From positions 37,551 to 101,550 of the forward strand of contig CANJPY010000003.1 in the NCBI GenBank assembly GCA_947476255.1: DNA of 64,000 nt, written 5' to 3'. The translations under genes were made by a program, and so were the position numbers. Shown piece by piece: positions 36,352 to 45,999 of this stretch. The number at the start of each line of letters is the position of its first letter. Position 1 is the first letter of the stretch. Origin of the DNA: Chthoniobacteraceae bacterium. GTDB taxonomy: Bacteria > Verrucomicrobiota > Verrucomicrobiia > Chthoniobacterales > Chthoniobacteraceae. The notes beneath the pieces are model-generated. The model was given only the letters and a program-made list of their open reading frames with translations, searched no databases and was not told the DNA's origin.

Positions 36352-37644
36352 CTATCCCGTTACCAGTTCCTTCAAAACGCCGGTACTGTCGCCATGTCTT
36401 ATGGCTGGAGCACCGACGCCTTGAAGCAATGTCAGCCAGACGTTGCAGAGCGGCGTGTCTTTGGCCACTACAAGGTGGTGGCCGAGGTTGATGTTTGCAC
36501 CGCCCCCAGTCAGAAGCATGGGGCAGTTGTCGAGGTAGTGAATCGTGCGGATGTTGCTGCCGTACGCAAGTACGCTGTTATCAAACAAACTTGTGCCATC
36601 AGTTTCCTTGGTGGCCTTCAGTTTGTCTATGAGTCCAGCCAGCAGCTCGCTCTGCGTGGCATCGCGTTTCTGCGAGGCCACCATACGGTCGCCGGGCGAG
36701 TAGTGGCTCATGTCGTGCGGCGCGACCTTGGTGCCCAGACTCTGAAGCAGCGTACCGACGGGCTGACGGTAGGTTAGGACTCGCGCTGTGTCTGTCTGCA
36801 GGGCTGCGACGATCAGGTCGTACATCACTTTGATCTCTTCTTTGCCCGCGAGTCCTTCTTTCGGCTCGGTCATTGGGGCCCTTGACTTCGGTACGCTGAG
36901 CCATTGCTCGTCCTTGCCGAGCCGTACTTCAATGTCACGAATGCTTTGAAAATACTCGTCGAGCTTCTCTGTGTCGGTTTTCGTGAGGCCACGTTGCAGA
37001 TCGCTGGCATCGCTTAGAACGGCATCGAGTATACTGCGTTTTTGCGTGAGCATCGCCTGTCGTTCGCTCAACGGAGTCGTTTCGTTTGAAAACAGCCGGT
37101 GAAACGCCTGCACGGGATTCTCCAGACCGGCCATTGGCTTGCCGCGCATGTCCCACGCGAGCGACAGACCGGGCCCATGGCCCGAATTGGCAACATCCGG
37201 AGAATTGAGCTGGATGGAGGCAAATCGCGTGTCTTTGCCCAGATGCGCCGCTGCAACCTGATCAGCGCTAATGCTGTTGTGAAAGCTCTGTCCGGGTTCG
37301 CCATACCGGTTCGCTCCTGTGAGCCAGAACGTGCTGCCCCAGTGCGCTTCATTGGCAAACTTGTTCGAGCACCCCTGCACCACGGTAATGTCCTTCTGAT
37401 GGCGCGCCAACGGCAGCAACCCATCGGGCATGTCCCACGTCGAGCCCGTTTTCGTCTTGTCAGGAAACCACGTCTCATTTGTCACCCCCCAGCCAAAGTT
37501 CAGGAACACCATGCGCTTTGGGTGAGTGGTGGGTTTTGTGTTGCCGAATACGCGAAATCCCAGAGATTCAAGCGTCGGCAAAGCGACGAGGGCGCTGGCG
37601 CTGCGCAAGAAGTGGCGGCGTGATTGCAGGGGATTCGTGTTCAT
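36352..37644 (-). CDS. DUF1552 protein (Tat-exported)
   Basis: The ATG is at 37644. The leader is MNTNPLQSRRHFLRSASALVALPTL, a twin-arginine type. It has an HDMSHY (HxxSHH) motif and the C-terminus GVLKELVTG. It lies 24 nt downstream of the 1883-aa gene. Confidence 0.92.
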   Translation of the reverse strand: MNTNPLQSRRHFLRSASALVALPTLESLGFRVFGNTKPTTHPKRMVFLNFGWGVTNETWFPDKTKTGSTWDMPDGLLPLARHQKDITVVQGCSNKFANEAHWGSTFWLTGANRYGEPGQSFHNSISADQVAAAHLGKDTRFASIQLNSPDVANSGHGPGLSLAWDMRGKPMAGLENPVQAFHRLFSNETTPLSERQAMLTQKRSILDAVLSDASDLQRGLTKTDTEKLDEYFQSIRDIEVRLGKDEQWLSVPKSRAPMTEPKEGLAGKEEIKVMYDLIVAALQTDTARVLTYRQPVGTLLQSLGTKVAPHDMSHYSPGDRMVASQKRDATQSELLAGLIDKLKATKETDGTSLFDNSVLAYGSNIRTIHYLDNCPMLLTGGGANINLGHHLVVAKDTPLCNVWLTLLQGVGAPAIRHGDSTGVLKELVTG

Positions 37645-37668
37645 AAGGTAAGGGAGATTACGGGAGGA

Positions 37669-40600
37669 TTATTTGGTGTGAAATTCCTTGCTGTCGACCA
37701 GCGTGTGCAAGAACTCGCGCATGGCGAAGTCATTCTTCTGCGTCCGCTGCACCATTTTCGCAGCGAGCTCTTCGTCGGTGAAGCCGAAAGGTCTGCCAAG
37801 CGCATACTGGATGAGGGCTTCCGAGAGACTAAGCGCGAATTTTTCGGGCTTTGCAGCGATCAGGTCGCGTAACTCGAAATAATTTTTGAAGGCCGGCCCT
37901 TTGTGTAAGGCGGCAGAGGGGTCGATGGTCCAGGTCTTGAGGCCGTTTTTTGCGGGTCGACCCGTGGAGTCGACGGCTTGAAAACTGTCTTCGGTACGCC
38001 ATTTGCCCACAGCGTTGAAGTTCTCCAAACCAAATCCGATCGGATCAATGGCACGGTGGCAGCTTGCGCATTGTGGCTCCTCTTGATGAGCCAGCAGGCG
38101 TTCCCGCGTGGTCAGTGGCATGCCGTTGAGCCGCGTGATTTGCGGGACATTTGGAGGCGCGGGAGGCGGCGCTTCATGCAAGAGCTTCCGCAGTACCCAC
38201 GCCCCGCGCTCGACGGGGCTTGTGCGCTCTCCGTTGCTACCCATTGCAAGCACGGCGGCCATGCCGAGCAATCCGCCGCGAGGTGACTCTTTTGGCAGTG
38301 ACACTTTCCGGAAATCATCGCCGCTTACTCCTTCAATTCCATAAAAGTTCGCGAGAAGACCGTTAACGATAACGTAGTCGCACTTAAGCAGGTCGCGCGC
38401 GCTCCCGTTTGTGCGCAACAGATGTGCGAAGGTCTCATACACTTCGCGGCGCGTGGCGGCCTTTGTGCTTTCGTCAAAATCGCGAAATTGCTTCGTGTCA
38501 AACTGGAAGAAATCCAGCCGCTCCATACCCAGCCATTGATTCACGAAGCCGCTGACAAACTCGTTCGCCTTCTCGCTGGCGATCATTCGATCCACTTCCC
38601 TTGCGAGTACCTCGTGCTTCAGCAATTCACCGCTGCGAGCGAGTACGAGCAGCGTGTTGTCAGGCGGCGCGCTCCAGAGAAAATACGAAAGGCGCGTGGC
38701 GAGTTCCGCGGCCGTGAGTAGGCGCGGCTTTTTCTCCCCGGCGGGTTCACTGAGATAAAGGAAACGCGGAGAGGCGAGCACAACGCTGAGCGGCGTCTTG
38801 AGAGCGTTCTCGAACGCATCACCGGCCTTGCGCCGTGTTTCGTAAAGCCCCATGAGCTTGCCGAGGTAGGCATCGCTCGGCGGCCTGTCACGAAACGCAA
38901 GCACGGCAAACTTCTCTATGATCGTGCGCGCGTGATCGCTCTCGCTCGCGTTCTTTGTGTTCGTGAAAACCACTGGTGCAGGCACGGACTTCGCGCCGCT
39001 CTTATTCAGGGGGCCTTCGTATTCGATCCAATCCATCCATAGCACCGGATCGCGCTGTTTGGCGTCGGCGATCTGCCGCGTGCGACCGGGTAGACTGATG
39101 CCTTCTTTTTTCAAGGGGCGCTTCTCCATCAGGATAAACTTGCGCGGACCGCCCGGAGTGATTTTGAACGGCATCTCGATGATCTCGGGTTGGTCGAGGG
39201 TCCCGGTGATTTGCTTGTTTGTGAGAAAGGTGCGGTCGTCCTTGTCGATGGGACTGGCTTCAACGAAAGTCAGGAATGCGCGCTCGGTTGGCATGTTCGG
39301 CACGCGGCCTATCTTTACGCGCATCACGTACTCGCCCATCGCGGTGTCGGAGGGCAGGTCGATGGCATACTCGGAGGTTTCCTGGACGGTGTTGTCGAGA
39401 TAGAGGCCGGTCTTTGACAGGGGCCGGTCGAGGTATTGCTGAAACCAGCGGTTGTTACTGTCCCACACCGTCTTGGCAAACTCGGCGTGGGATTTGTCGG
39501 TGAAACCAAAGTCCTTCAGTTTCGTCTCGTCACTTCCTGCATCCTTCCACTTCGCACACTGCTCATTGAGATACTTGTAACGCAAATGCCCGCGTTCCAG
39601 CTCGGCGCGGCGGGTTTCAGGCTCGATGTGCTCCGTCTTTGTGACGGGTACCTGGCTCACCAGTGGCCCTTCCCACTCCACCCAGTCGATCCACAGCGCA
39701 GACACGGCGCCAATTCCGTTCTCCTTCTTCCCTGCTTCTTGCATCTCTCCGTCCAGTTTTACATCACGTTTCTCCCGCAGAACAAAAGTACGCGGGCCGT
39801 TTGCCGTGATGTTTACGGGAGCTTCAATGATCTGCGGCGCATCGGTGGTCGCGCTGATCTGGAAGGTTTGCATCAAGGTGAAGTCCTCCGCTCCTGCCTT
39901 GCGACTCCCGAGAGCGACGAAGTGCCGTTCCCTGGGCGTGCCCTTTACTGCGCCTATCCTAAAACGCAGCACGTAGTCGCCGGGTTCCGCATTCTCTACC
40001 TCATGTTTGGTCTTCATCCAGCCTGAAGGCTGATCCGGAGGCAGCGTGATGACCTCCTCGGTGTGAACGCTTTGAATGGTGAGGTAAGCGCCTGTTTTCG
40101 TCAACGGATCGTTCAGGTAGCGTTCGAAGACCGGGGAAGCTTTTTCAAAGGCGCGCACGCGGAACTTCGCTTCTTGCTCATCGGGAATGCCCTTCTGTGG
40201 TTCGCCAGTTTCCAAAAACTTCTTCGCCGCCTCGTAACCGCCTTTGAAATATCCGTTGTACGTGCCGCCCACCATTGCATTTGCATGTAGCTCAACCTCA
40301 CGGCGTTCTTTCATGGTTTTTGCTCCCGCGAATGTCGGTGCGCTTGAGGTCACGGGGCCCGCCAATTCGATCCAATCCACCCAAACCGCTGGTTTGGGCC
40401 CGGCGCCGTGTTTTTCTTTGTAAGCACGAAACGCACTCATGCCTGCTTCACCGTTGTAGGTTGGTTGCTTTTCCCTCACTGCAAACTCCCGCAGTGAAAG
40501 TGGAGTATCGCTCATGCTGGGGGCATTCAGGGTCACCGGCACCTCGATGATCTGGGGATTGGCAATTGTTCCATGGACTTGATGGGTGCTCAAAAGTTTG

Positions 40601-43320
40601 AAATCACGAGGCAGGTCCTTGCCGGCATTGGGACCGGGGTTGCCAATCTCAATAAAGCAACGGTCCTTGGGCGCACCCTCGAGGGCGGCGACCCTCAGCC
40701 GCAGCGTGTAGTTGCCGGCTGCGGATGTCTCATCGGCTTTGATTTCGACCGTCGATGGCCCCCAGAAGGTTGTGAGGCAAACGCCCGTCTGGTGCTCCGG
40801 GATCTTCAGGTAGTCTACGGTGTACTGATAGGAATCTACGTAACGCTCGGGGTGCATGCGGAAGCGAAGCGGGTAATAGTCTGTATCGCCTTTCTGCGGG
40901 AGCCCTTTGAGCAGATCAAAATTATCTGCCCCTCTGAGTGAACGCACCAGTTCCCCCGCGCTCAAAAGTTCTCCTCCGGCGGAAAAAGCGCGCCGGTTTG
41001 CATAGGTTTTTACGCGAATATCTGCATTCTCGGGCTTCTCCAAAATCTTGAGGATGCTTGTAGCCATTCTCTCGGTGTCGGTGCGCCAATCGTCGAGATA
41101 GGCGATTCTTTTGTGGACGGCCTTGTTTGCATCGATTTCCGGCTCGATGTGGATGGTCTTCGCCAATGCCGTCCCCATCGCAGAAGTAGTCGGCGCCTTA
41201 GCCTCGGCCGGGCCTTCTAACTCTACAAAATCCACCCAGATGCACGGACGCGGCCCGGTCCCCGTTTTATCCCAGGCTTCGCGGAACATCGCATACTCGG
41301 CTCCCCGCGTGTTTGGGCGTTTGTCACGGATGGCGAAGTTGCGGTCACCGCTCGCGTTGATTTCCACAGGGATTTCCATGACCTGGGGGTTTTCGAGTGT
41401 TCCAGTGACCTGATGCGAGCTGAGCACGTTGAAATCCGCCGCGTCCGCCTTGCCCGTGCCGATTTCGATAAAACGCCGGTCCTTCGTTGATTCCTCCGAG
41501 GCCGCAATGCGCACCCGCAGCGTGTAACGCCCCGCAGGCCAGTTCACCGGCGCCGTGATTCCAGTGTAACGGCCAAGGGAGTAAAGCATCAACCAAGCGC
41601 CGGTATCACGCGCCGGCAGCTTCATGTAGTCGGCATAGTATTGATGATGGTAGTTGTACTCGCTGCGAGCAAACTGAGCATCGTCCGAATCTTTGAACCC
41701 AAACATTGTCGGGGCAGGCGCATCTGGAATCCTGGCGAAGTGATTGTAAAATAAATGAGGCGACTGCTTCACCTTAGGGTCTTCATGGAGTTGCCTTGCG
41801 ATCTCTGTGTTCCCGTCTTTTTTCGCCGCTTCATCGATCGCAGAACACCATTTCTGAAAGCGCGAATACTTTTCCTCATAACCCTCAGCATAGATGGGCA
41901 TGTATTTGTTCGCCCACTGCTCGGGGTCTTTGCGGAGCTTCTGAGACTTCGTATTGCCTGCTGTGATTGACTCTGGCTGCGTATTCACAGGCCCTTCGAC
42001 CTCAATCCAATCAATCCACAGCGCAAACTCGGGGCCGGTGCCGTTGCGCTGCTTGCCCTCGGCGAACAAGCGGTGAGATGCCTCCTCCGACTCATAAGTG
42101 CCCTTTTCCTGAAAGAAAAAACCGTGGCCTTTCGCCGGCGAAAACTTCAGTGGAATCTCCAGCACCTGTGGATTCTCGAGTGTGCCTGTGACTTGATAAC
42201 TGCTCGCTACGGCACGCACGCCGCTGTCGTGCTGCGAGCCAAACTCGACAAAGTGCCGCGTGGCTGGCGTGTTCGACGTCGCCGCGATGCGCACGCGCAC
42301 GACGTAATCGCCCGCAGGCCAGTCGCCAGGGATGCGGAAGGGCTGATACGGATTCAGAAACGCGTCCTCGATGGTGAGGAAGGTGCCCGTCTTCGTCGCC
42401 GGATGTTCAACATAGACGCGCTGATACGGCACGTAGTGCATCCAGTTCCGGCGGCCGTCTTCATCGGCATTCACCGCATCCACAAAGCCAAAGTCCTTCG
42501 GCGAAGGCGCATCCTTGATGCGCTGCCATTGCGAGTAGAGATGCGTGGCGGCGTCCTTTTGCTCCACTCGAATCTGCAAGGCGATGGCCGTATTCTCCGG
42601 CTTCAGCGCCGCCGCATCCACCGCTGCGGTCCATTTCACATAGCGCTCATGCGCGTCCGTGCGTTCGGCAAGCGACTTCACGATGCGGGCATTCCTTTCC
42701 TCCGCCTCCACATGCATTCGCCGCGGCTGCGTACCCGACGGCGAGACGAAGCGCGCGAAGTGCTCATCCAGCGCCTGCCGCCCGAGCGTTAAATATTGCT
42801 CGAACTGGTCTGAAGACATGAAAAGCGAAGAACCCACTGTATCAAACGTGCCGGAGCCACCATCCGCGGGTAGTTCGCGCACGTTGATGTCCACGCCGAG
42901 CAAATCACGGATGGTGTTTTTGTATTCGCGCCGGTTTAGCCGCCGCATGGTGATCTTGCCGCCCGAATCGCCCAGCGCGCGTCGCGCTGCCATGAGCGTG
43001 TGCGAGAGTGAATCGAGAAATTCCGTTTTCGCCATGCGTTCCGGTTGTTTCGCATCTTCAGGCGGCATCTCGCCCGAATTGAGCTGGTTGAGGATTTTCT
43101 GCCAGCGATCCGCATTCTCCACGGAGTCGAGCACGAAGGAAATGTCGTCGAGCCGCAGTTTGCCCTTTTGCTTCTCCTCGTTGTGGCACTCTACGCAGTA
43201 ATCCTTGAAAAACGCGCGGTGCTTTTGATCCAGCAGCGCGTGCGGGGCCTCGGCGGCAGGTGCTGATAGACAAGCAAAAATCGGCAGGGAAAGGATTGGA
43301 AAGAGCCAACGAGTTTGCAT
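37669..43320 (-). CDS. Giant (1883 aa) DUF1587/1595/1592/1588/1585-type secreted CxxCH protein with a 5-fold internal module expansion
   Basis: It has a signal peptide. The N-terminus is [18 protein letters not shown]...LNSGEMPP. Five modules end in [48 protein letters not shown] and [12 protein letters not shown]. The C-terminus has [32 protein letters not shown] and [18 protein letters not shown]. Confidence 0.93.
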   Translation of the reverse strand: MQTRWLFPILSLPIFACLSAPAAEAPHALLDQKHRAFFKDYCVECHNEEKQKGKLRLDDISFVLDSVENADRWQKILNQLNSGEMPPEDAKQPERMAKTEFLDSLSHTLMAARRALGDSGGKITMRRLNRREYKNTIRDLLGVDINVRELPADGGSGTFDTVGSSLFMSSDQFEQYLTLGRQALDEHFARFVSPSGTQPRRMHVEAEERNARIVKSLAERTDAHERYVKWTAAVDAAALKPENTAIALQIRVEQKDAATHLYSQWQRIKDAPSPKDFGFVDAVNADEDGRRNWMHYVPYQRVYVEHPATKTGTFLTIEDAFLNPYQPFRIPGDWPAGDYVVRVRIAATSNTPATRHFVEFGSQHDSGVRAVASSYQVTGTLENPQVLEIPLKFSPAKGHGFFFQEKGTYESEEASHRLFAEGKQRNGTGPEFALWIDWIEVEGPVNTQPESITAGNTKSQKLRKDPEQWANKYMPIYAEGYEEKYSRFQKWCSAIDEAAKKDGNTEIARQLHEDPKVKQSPHLFYNHFARIPDAPAPTMFGFKDSDDAQFARSEYNYHHQYYADYMKLPARDTGAWLMLYSLGRYTGITAPVNWPAGRYTLRVRIAASEESTKDRRFIEIGTGKADAADFNVLSSHQVTGTLENPQVMEIPVEINASGDRNFAIRDKRPNTRGAEYAMFREAWDKTGTGPRPCIWVDFVELEGPAEAKAPTTSAMGTALAKTIHIEPEIDANKAVHKRIAYLDDWRTDTERMATSILKILEKPENADIRVKTYANRRAFSAGGELLSAGELVRSLRGADNFDLLKGLPQKGDTDYYPLRFRMHPERYVDSYQYTVDYLKIPEHQTGVCLTTFWGPSTVEIKADETSAAGNYTLRLRVAALEGAPKDRCFIEIGNPGPNAGKDLPRDFKLLSTHQVHGTIANPQIIEVPVTLNAPSMSDTPLSLREFAVREKQPTYNGEAGMSAFRAYKEKHGAGPKPAVWVDWIELAGPVTSSAPTFAGAKTMKERREVELHANAMVGGTYNGYFKGGYEAAKKFLETGEPQKGIPDEQEAKFRVRAFEKASPVFERYLNDPLTKTGAYLTIQSVHTEEVITLPPDQPSGWMKTKHEVENAEPGDYVLRFRIGAVKGTPRERHFVALGSRKAGAEDFTLMQTFQISATTDAPQIIEAPVNITANGPRTFVLREKRDVKLDGEMQEAGKKENGIGAVSALWIDWVEWEGPLVSQVPVTKTEHIEPETRRAELERGHLRYKYLNEQCAKWKDAGSDETKLKDFGFTDKSHAEFAKTVWDSNNRWFQQYLDRPLSKTGLYLDNTVQETSEYAIDLPSDTAMGEYVMRVKIGRVPNMPTERAFLTFVEASPIDKDDRTFLTNKQITGTLDQPEIIEMPFKITPGGPRKFILMEKRPLKKEGISLPGRTRQIADAKQRDPVLWMDWIEYEGPLNKSGAKSVPAPVVFTNTKNASESDHARTIIEKFAVLAFRDRPPSDAYLGKLMGLYETRRKAGDAFENALKTPLSVVLASPRFLYLSEPAGEKKPRLLTAAELATRLSYFLWSAPPDNTLLVLARSGELLKHEVLAREVDRMIASEKANEFVSGFVNQWLGMERLDFFQFDTKQFRDFDESTKAATRREVYETFAHLLRTNGSARDLLKCDYVIVNGLLANFYGIEGVSGDDFRKVSLPKESPRGGLLGMAAVLAMGSNGERTSPVERGAWVLRKLLHEAPPPAPPNVPQITRLNGMPLTTRERLLAHQEEPQCASCHRAIDPIGFGLENFNAVGKWRTEDSFQAVDSTGRPAKNGLKTWTIDPSAALHKGPAFKNYFELRDLIAAKPEKFALSLSEALIQYALGRPFGFTDEELAAKMVQRTQKNDFAMREFLHTLVDSKEFHTK
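39010..42723 (-). repeat. Five tandem protein-level modules (218-285 aa each) inside the 1883-aa gene
   Basis: Approximate module boundaries in nt are 41989..42723, 41209..41988, 40354..41208, 39664..40353 and 39010..39663. Four motifs recur in each module: KTG.(Y/F/W)L; WPAG.Y.(V/L)R(V/L)RIAA (with variants); [15 protein letters not shown] (with variants); and W(I/V/M)D(W/F)(I/V)E.EGP. I saw no obvious nucleotide-level identity, so the duplication is old. Confidence 0.8.
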
Positions 43321-43361
43321 AGCTTAGTGACAGGTTTTTGTGAGTCCTTGGATGGGCGCCC

Positions 43362-43654
43362 TCAGCGCGGCATCTCATTGATGAGACGGTCCTCCAGATC
43401 CGAGAGAAAACTCGTGTGTCGCTGAGGGAAAGTCTGAGCCTTCATCACTTGAAACGGGGCGATGCGAAATGCCCACGCAAGGAAGTTTGTTCCGAGATGC
43501 CCCCCGGCGCCTTCGCCGAGACTACCAGAAATGTCTGCCGAAAATCATTCTCCTCCTCCGCAAAATCAGGCAACGACGCCAGAATGGCGCCTTTGATACG
43601 CGGTTGATGGCGGAAAAAAAGCTGAAGCACCTCCTGTGTTTGACTATCGCTCAT
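43362..43654 (-). pseudogene. Decayed ECF sigma-70 factor (Rhodopirellula/Verrucomicrobium-type): sigma-2 region only, frameshifted, sigma-4 missing
   Basis: Frame 1 reads MSDSQTQEVLQLFFRHQPRIKGAILASLPDFAEEENDFRQTFLVVSAKA. After a C6/G6 run (43500..43505) the homology continues in another frame: GTNFLAWAFRIAPFQVMKAQTFPQRHTSFLSDLEDRLINEMPR, then a stop at 43362. This matches the LxLF..HQ.R..G.I......A.AEDxLQET...........GTNF.AWA.RIARF.V pattern of this ECF group. There is no room for region 4 before the next gene, which starts at 43320. Confidence 0.6.
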
Positions 43655-44274
43655 TAAAGTGAATACATCTGCAGTCCGCTGAACATTAGCAAAGAAACCG
43701 GCCAAAACTTAGCCCTGAGAAATACAAATACTCTTCGAGACACTGGTCCGGCTGGGGGAATGGGAGAAAAGTGCACGCTTTCAGCGGATTTTGCCCCTGA
43801 CGTACCACGGATGTACGCCGCCGCGGAGTAATGTTTGGATGCTGAAACGCACCTTGATACAGAGGAAAATCGGCTAAAGATGACTTGAACTATGCGTGCA
43901 TTCACTGCGCATCATGACCCCTCGCTCAACATCGGCGGAGTTGGCGTAGTTTACTCAAATATCCCGTCAAGAAAGTGGATGGGCTTTTCTCTTTGAATCC
44001 ATTCATGCGAGAACTGGATTTTCGGAGAACTAGGGGCGAAGAAGGGCGAGGCATGGGGCGTCGCAAGGGGTGAGGTTCATTTTGTGTCTTAACTCTCTTT
44101 GTCCAACCCCTCCGATCAAAACCAATGCCATTTCTATTCCTGTTTTTTCGGGCTCACACTATTGCAGGCCCTAGATAGCGAATTTTGCTAAGAAATATGC
44201 TGCGGAAGGAGTTGTTCTCGGGTGGCGTACTGCCGCGTAGCCGCTGACCTATCCCCTCCACCATCCCCCAACTC

Positions 44275-45672
44275 ATGGCTGAAGCTTCTTCAACTGCTGC
44301 GAACCTGTCGGGCAATTCTTCTTCGGGATCTCTTCTTCATCTCCCCCGGCGTGGCTTTCTAAAGGCGGGCCTTCTAAACATGGCGGGTCTGACGCTGGCG
44401 GATGTCCTCCGGAGCGACGCACGTGCTGCGGCGGCCGGCAAGTCGGCGTCGAAGGAAAAATCAGTCATTATACTGTGGATGAGGGGCGGCCCAAGCCAGC
44501 ATGAAACTTGGGATCCCAAGCCTGACGCTGCCGCAGAGTATCGCGGCGCCTTTGGAGCCATGAAGACCAAAGTGCCGGGCATTCGAATTTGTGACCTCCT
44601 GCCGCATAGTGCTCGAATCATGGACAAGTGGTCCATCATACGGAGCCTCTACCACAACAATGCCGGGCATTCTGCTGGAGACCAAATCTGTTTCACCGGA
44701 TATCCCCCCGGCCAGATGGCGGATCAGAATTACTATCCGAGCTGCGGTGCGATTGTCACAAAACAGTTGCAGCAGGCAAATCCGCGCATGCCTGCGTACG
44801 TAGTCATTCCAAAGATGATGCCTGGGACAGGTGCGGCATACCTTGGGACCACTTGCAGTCCCTTTGAAACCGGAGCCGATCCTGCGAATGAAGGTCCCTT
44901 CAGTGTCCCGGATTTCACTCTGCCGGAGTGTCTCTCCCTGAACAGATTGCAAGAAAGGCATTCTCTTCTCCAGAGCTTTGACAATCTGAGGCGGGACATG
45001 GACGTCTCAGGCCAGATAGCATCTCTCGACCGGTTCCAGCAACAGGCTTGGGAAATGATTTCGGGACCGGAGGCCCGCCGTGCCTTTGATCTTGATTCCG
45101 AACCACGGTCCGTGCGGGAACGTTACGGCTTCTTCCCGAAATACGATGCGCCCACTCCTGATCGCTGTGGAGTTCCTGCGTGGAGTCAGCGTGTTTTGCT
45201 CGCTCGGCGGTTGGTCGAAGCCGGGGTACGCTTAGTCACCGTAGACCTGCGCTGGTGGGATACCCATGTGAAAGGCTACGAGACAATGAAAGACGGTTTT
45301 CTGCCTCGATGGGACCTTGCCTACAGTGCTCTCATTGAGGATCTCGAACAGCGCGGCCTGCTCTCCTCCACCCTTGTTGTGGCTTGGGGTGAATTCGGCC
45401 GCACTCCAAAGGTCAACGCAACGGGCGGGCGCGATCATTGGCCCAACGTTTTCAGCGCCGCGCTCGCAGGTGGGGGCGTCCAAGGGGGGCGAGTCGTAGG
45501 GGAATCCGACGCGCGCGGCGGCGAACCTGCAGACAATCCCAAACAGCCTCAGGACGTTCTCGCCACAATCTACAGGCATCTGGGAATCGACACCAACGCT
45601 CAATACGAAGACCGCGTTGGACGCCCCATTTCAGTGCTGCCCTTTGGTACCCCAGTCGACGAACTATTCTAG
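44275..45672 (+). CDS. DUF1501 protein (Tat-exported), with no adjacent DUF1553 partner
   Basis: The Tat leader is LPRRGFLKAGLLNMAGLTLA. Conserved blocks are MRGGPSQHETWDPKP, WGEFGRTPK and GGRDHWPN. Confidence 0.92.
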   Translation: MAEASSTAANLSGNSSSGSLLHLPRRGFLKAGLLNMAGLTLADVLRSDARAAAAGKSASKEKSVIILWMRGGPSQHETWDPKPDAAAEYRGAFGAMKTKVPGIRICDLLPHSARIMDKWSIIRSLYHNNAGHSAGDQICFTGYPPGQMADQNYYPSCGAIVTKQLQQANPRMPAYVVIPKMMPGTGAAYLGTTCSPFETGADPANEGPFSVPDFTLPECLSLNRLQERHSLLQSFDNLRRDMDVSGQIASLDRFQQQAWEMISGPEARRAFDLDSEPRSVRERYGFFPKYDAPTPDRCGVPAWSQRVLLARRLVEAGVRLVTVDLRWWDTHVKGYETMKDGFLPRWDLAYSALIEDLEQRGLLSSTLVVAWGEFGRTPKVNATGGRDHWPNVFSAALAGGGVQGGRVVGESDARGGEPADNPKQPQDVLATIYRHLGIDTNAQYEDRVGRPISVLPFGTPVDELF

Positions 45673-45999
45673 CCAGAGCGTCATCCGCCGCCAGCGCTCC
45701 TGATTGTGTCTTTGGTGCGCCACGCGAAATGACTCGCCCAGAAACTGTGTAACGCCTTCGCCGTTGGGCTAGTGCAGCATAAAAGCATCCCCTGCTTCGT
45801 GCACTTCAGGCGGTAGCATTCGATGCTGGTGCGTCAAAACGGGCGCAAGCCGATGATGCAAGCAAACCACCTGAACAAACAGCACAGTCAAAATCACATT
45901 TTCAAAGCCGCGCTGCGGAGAACACTGAAAATATCAATGCCTACAAATGACCGCGCTTTTTAATGGCTCGCAGGTTGGTCCGGCCATTACAAAAAACGA

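Noticed and set aside
43654-44274. Small ORFs (for example 43654..43905 -) and a possible riboswitch or leader in the long gap upstream of the orphan DUF1501
   Set aside because: The ORFs have no protein-like composition, and I could not match any riboswitch consensus by eye. I left the region unannotated.
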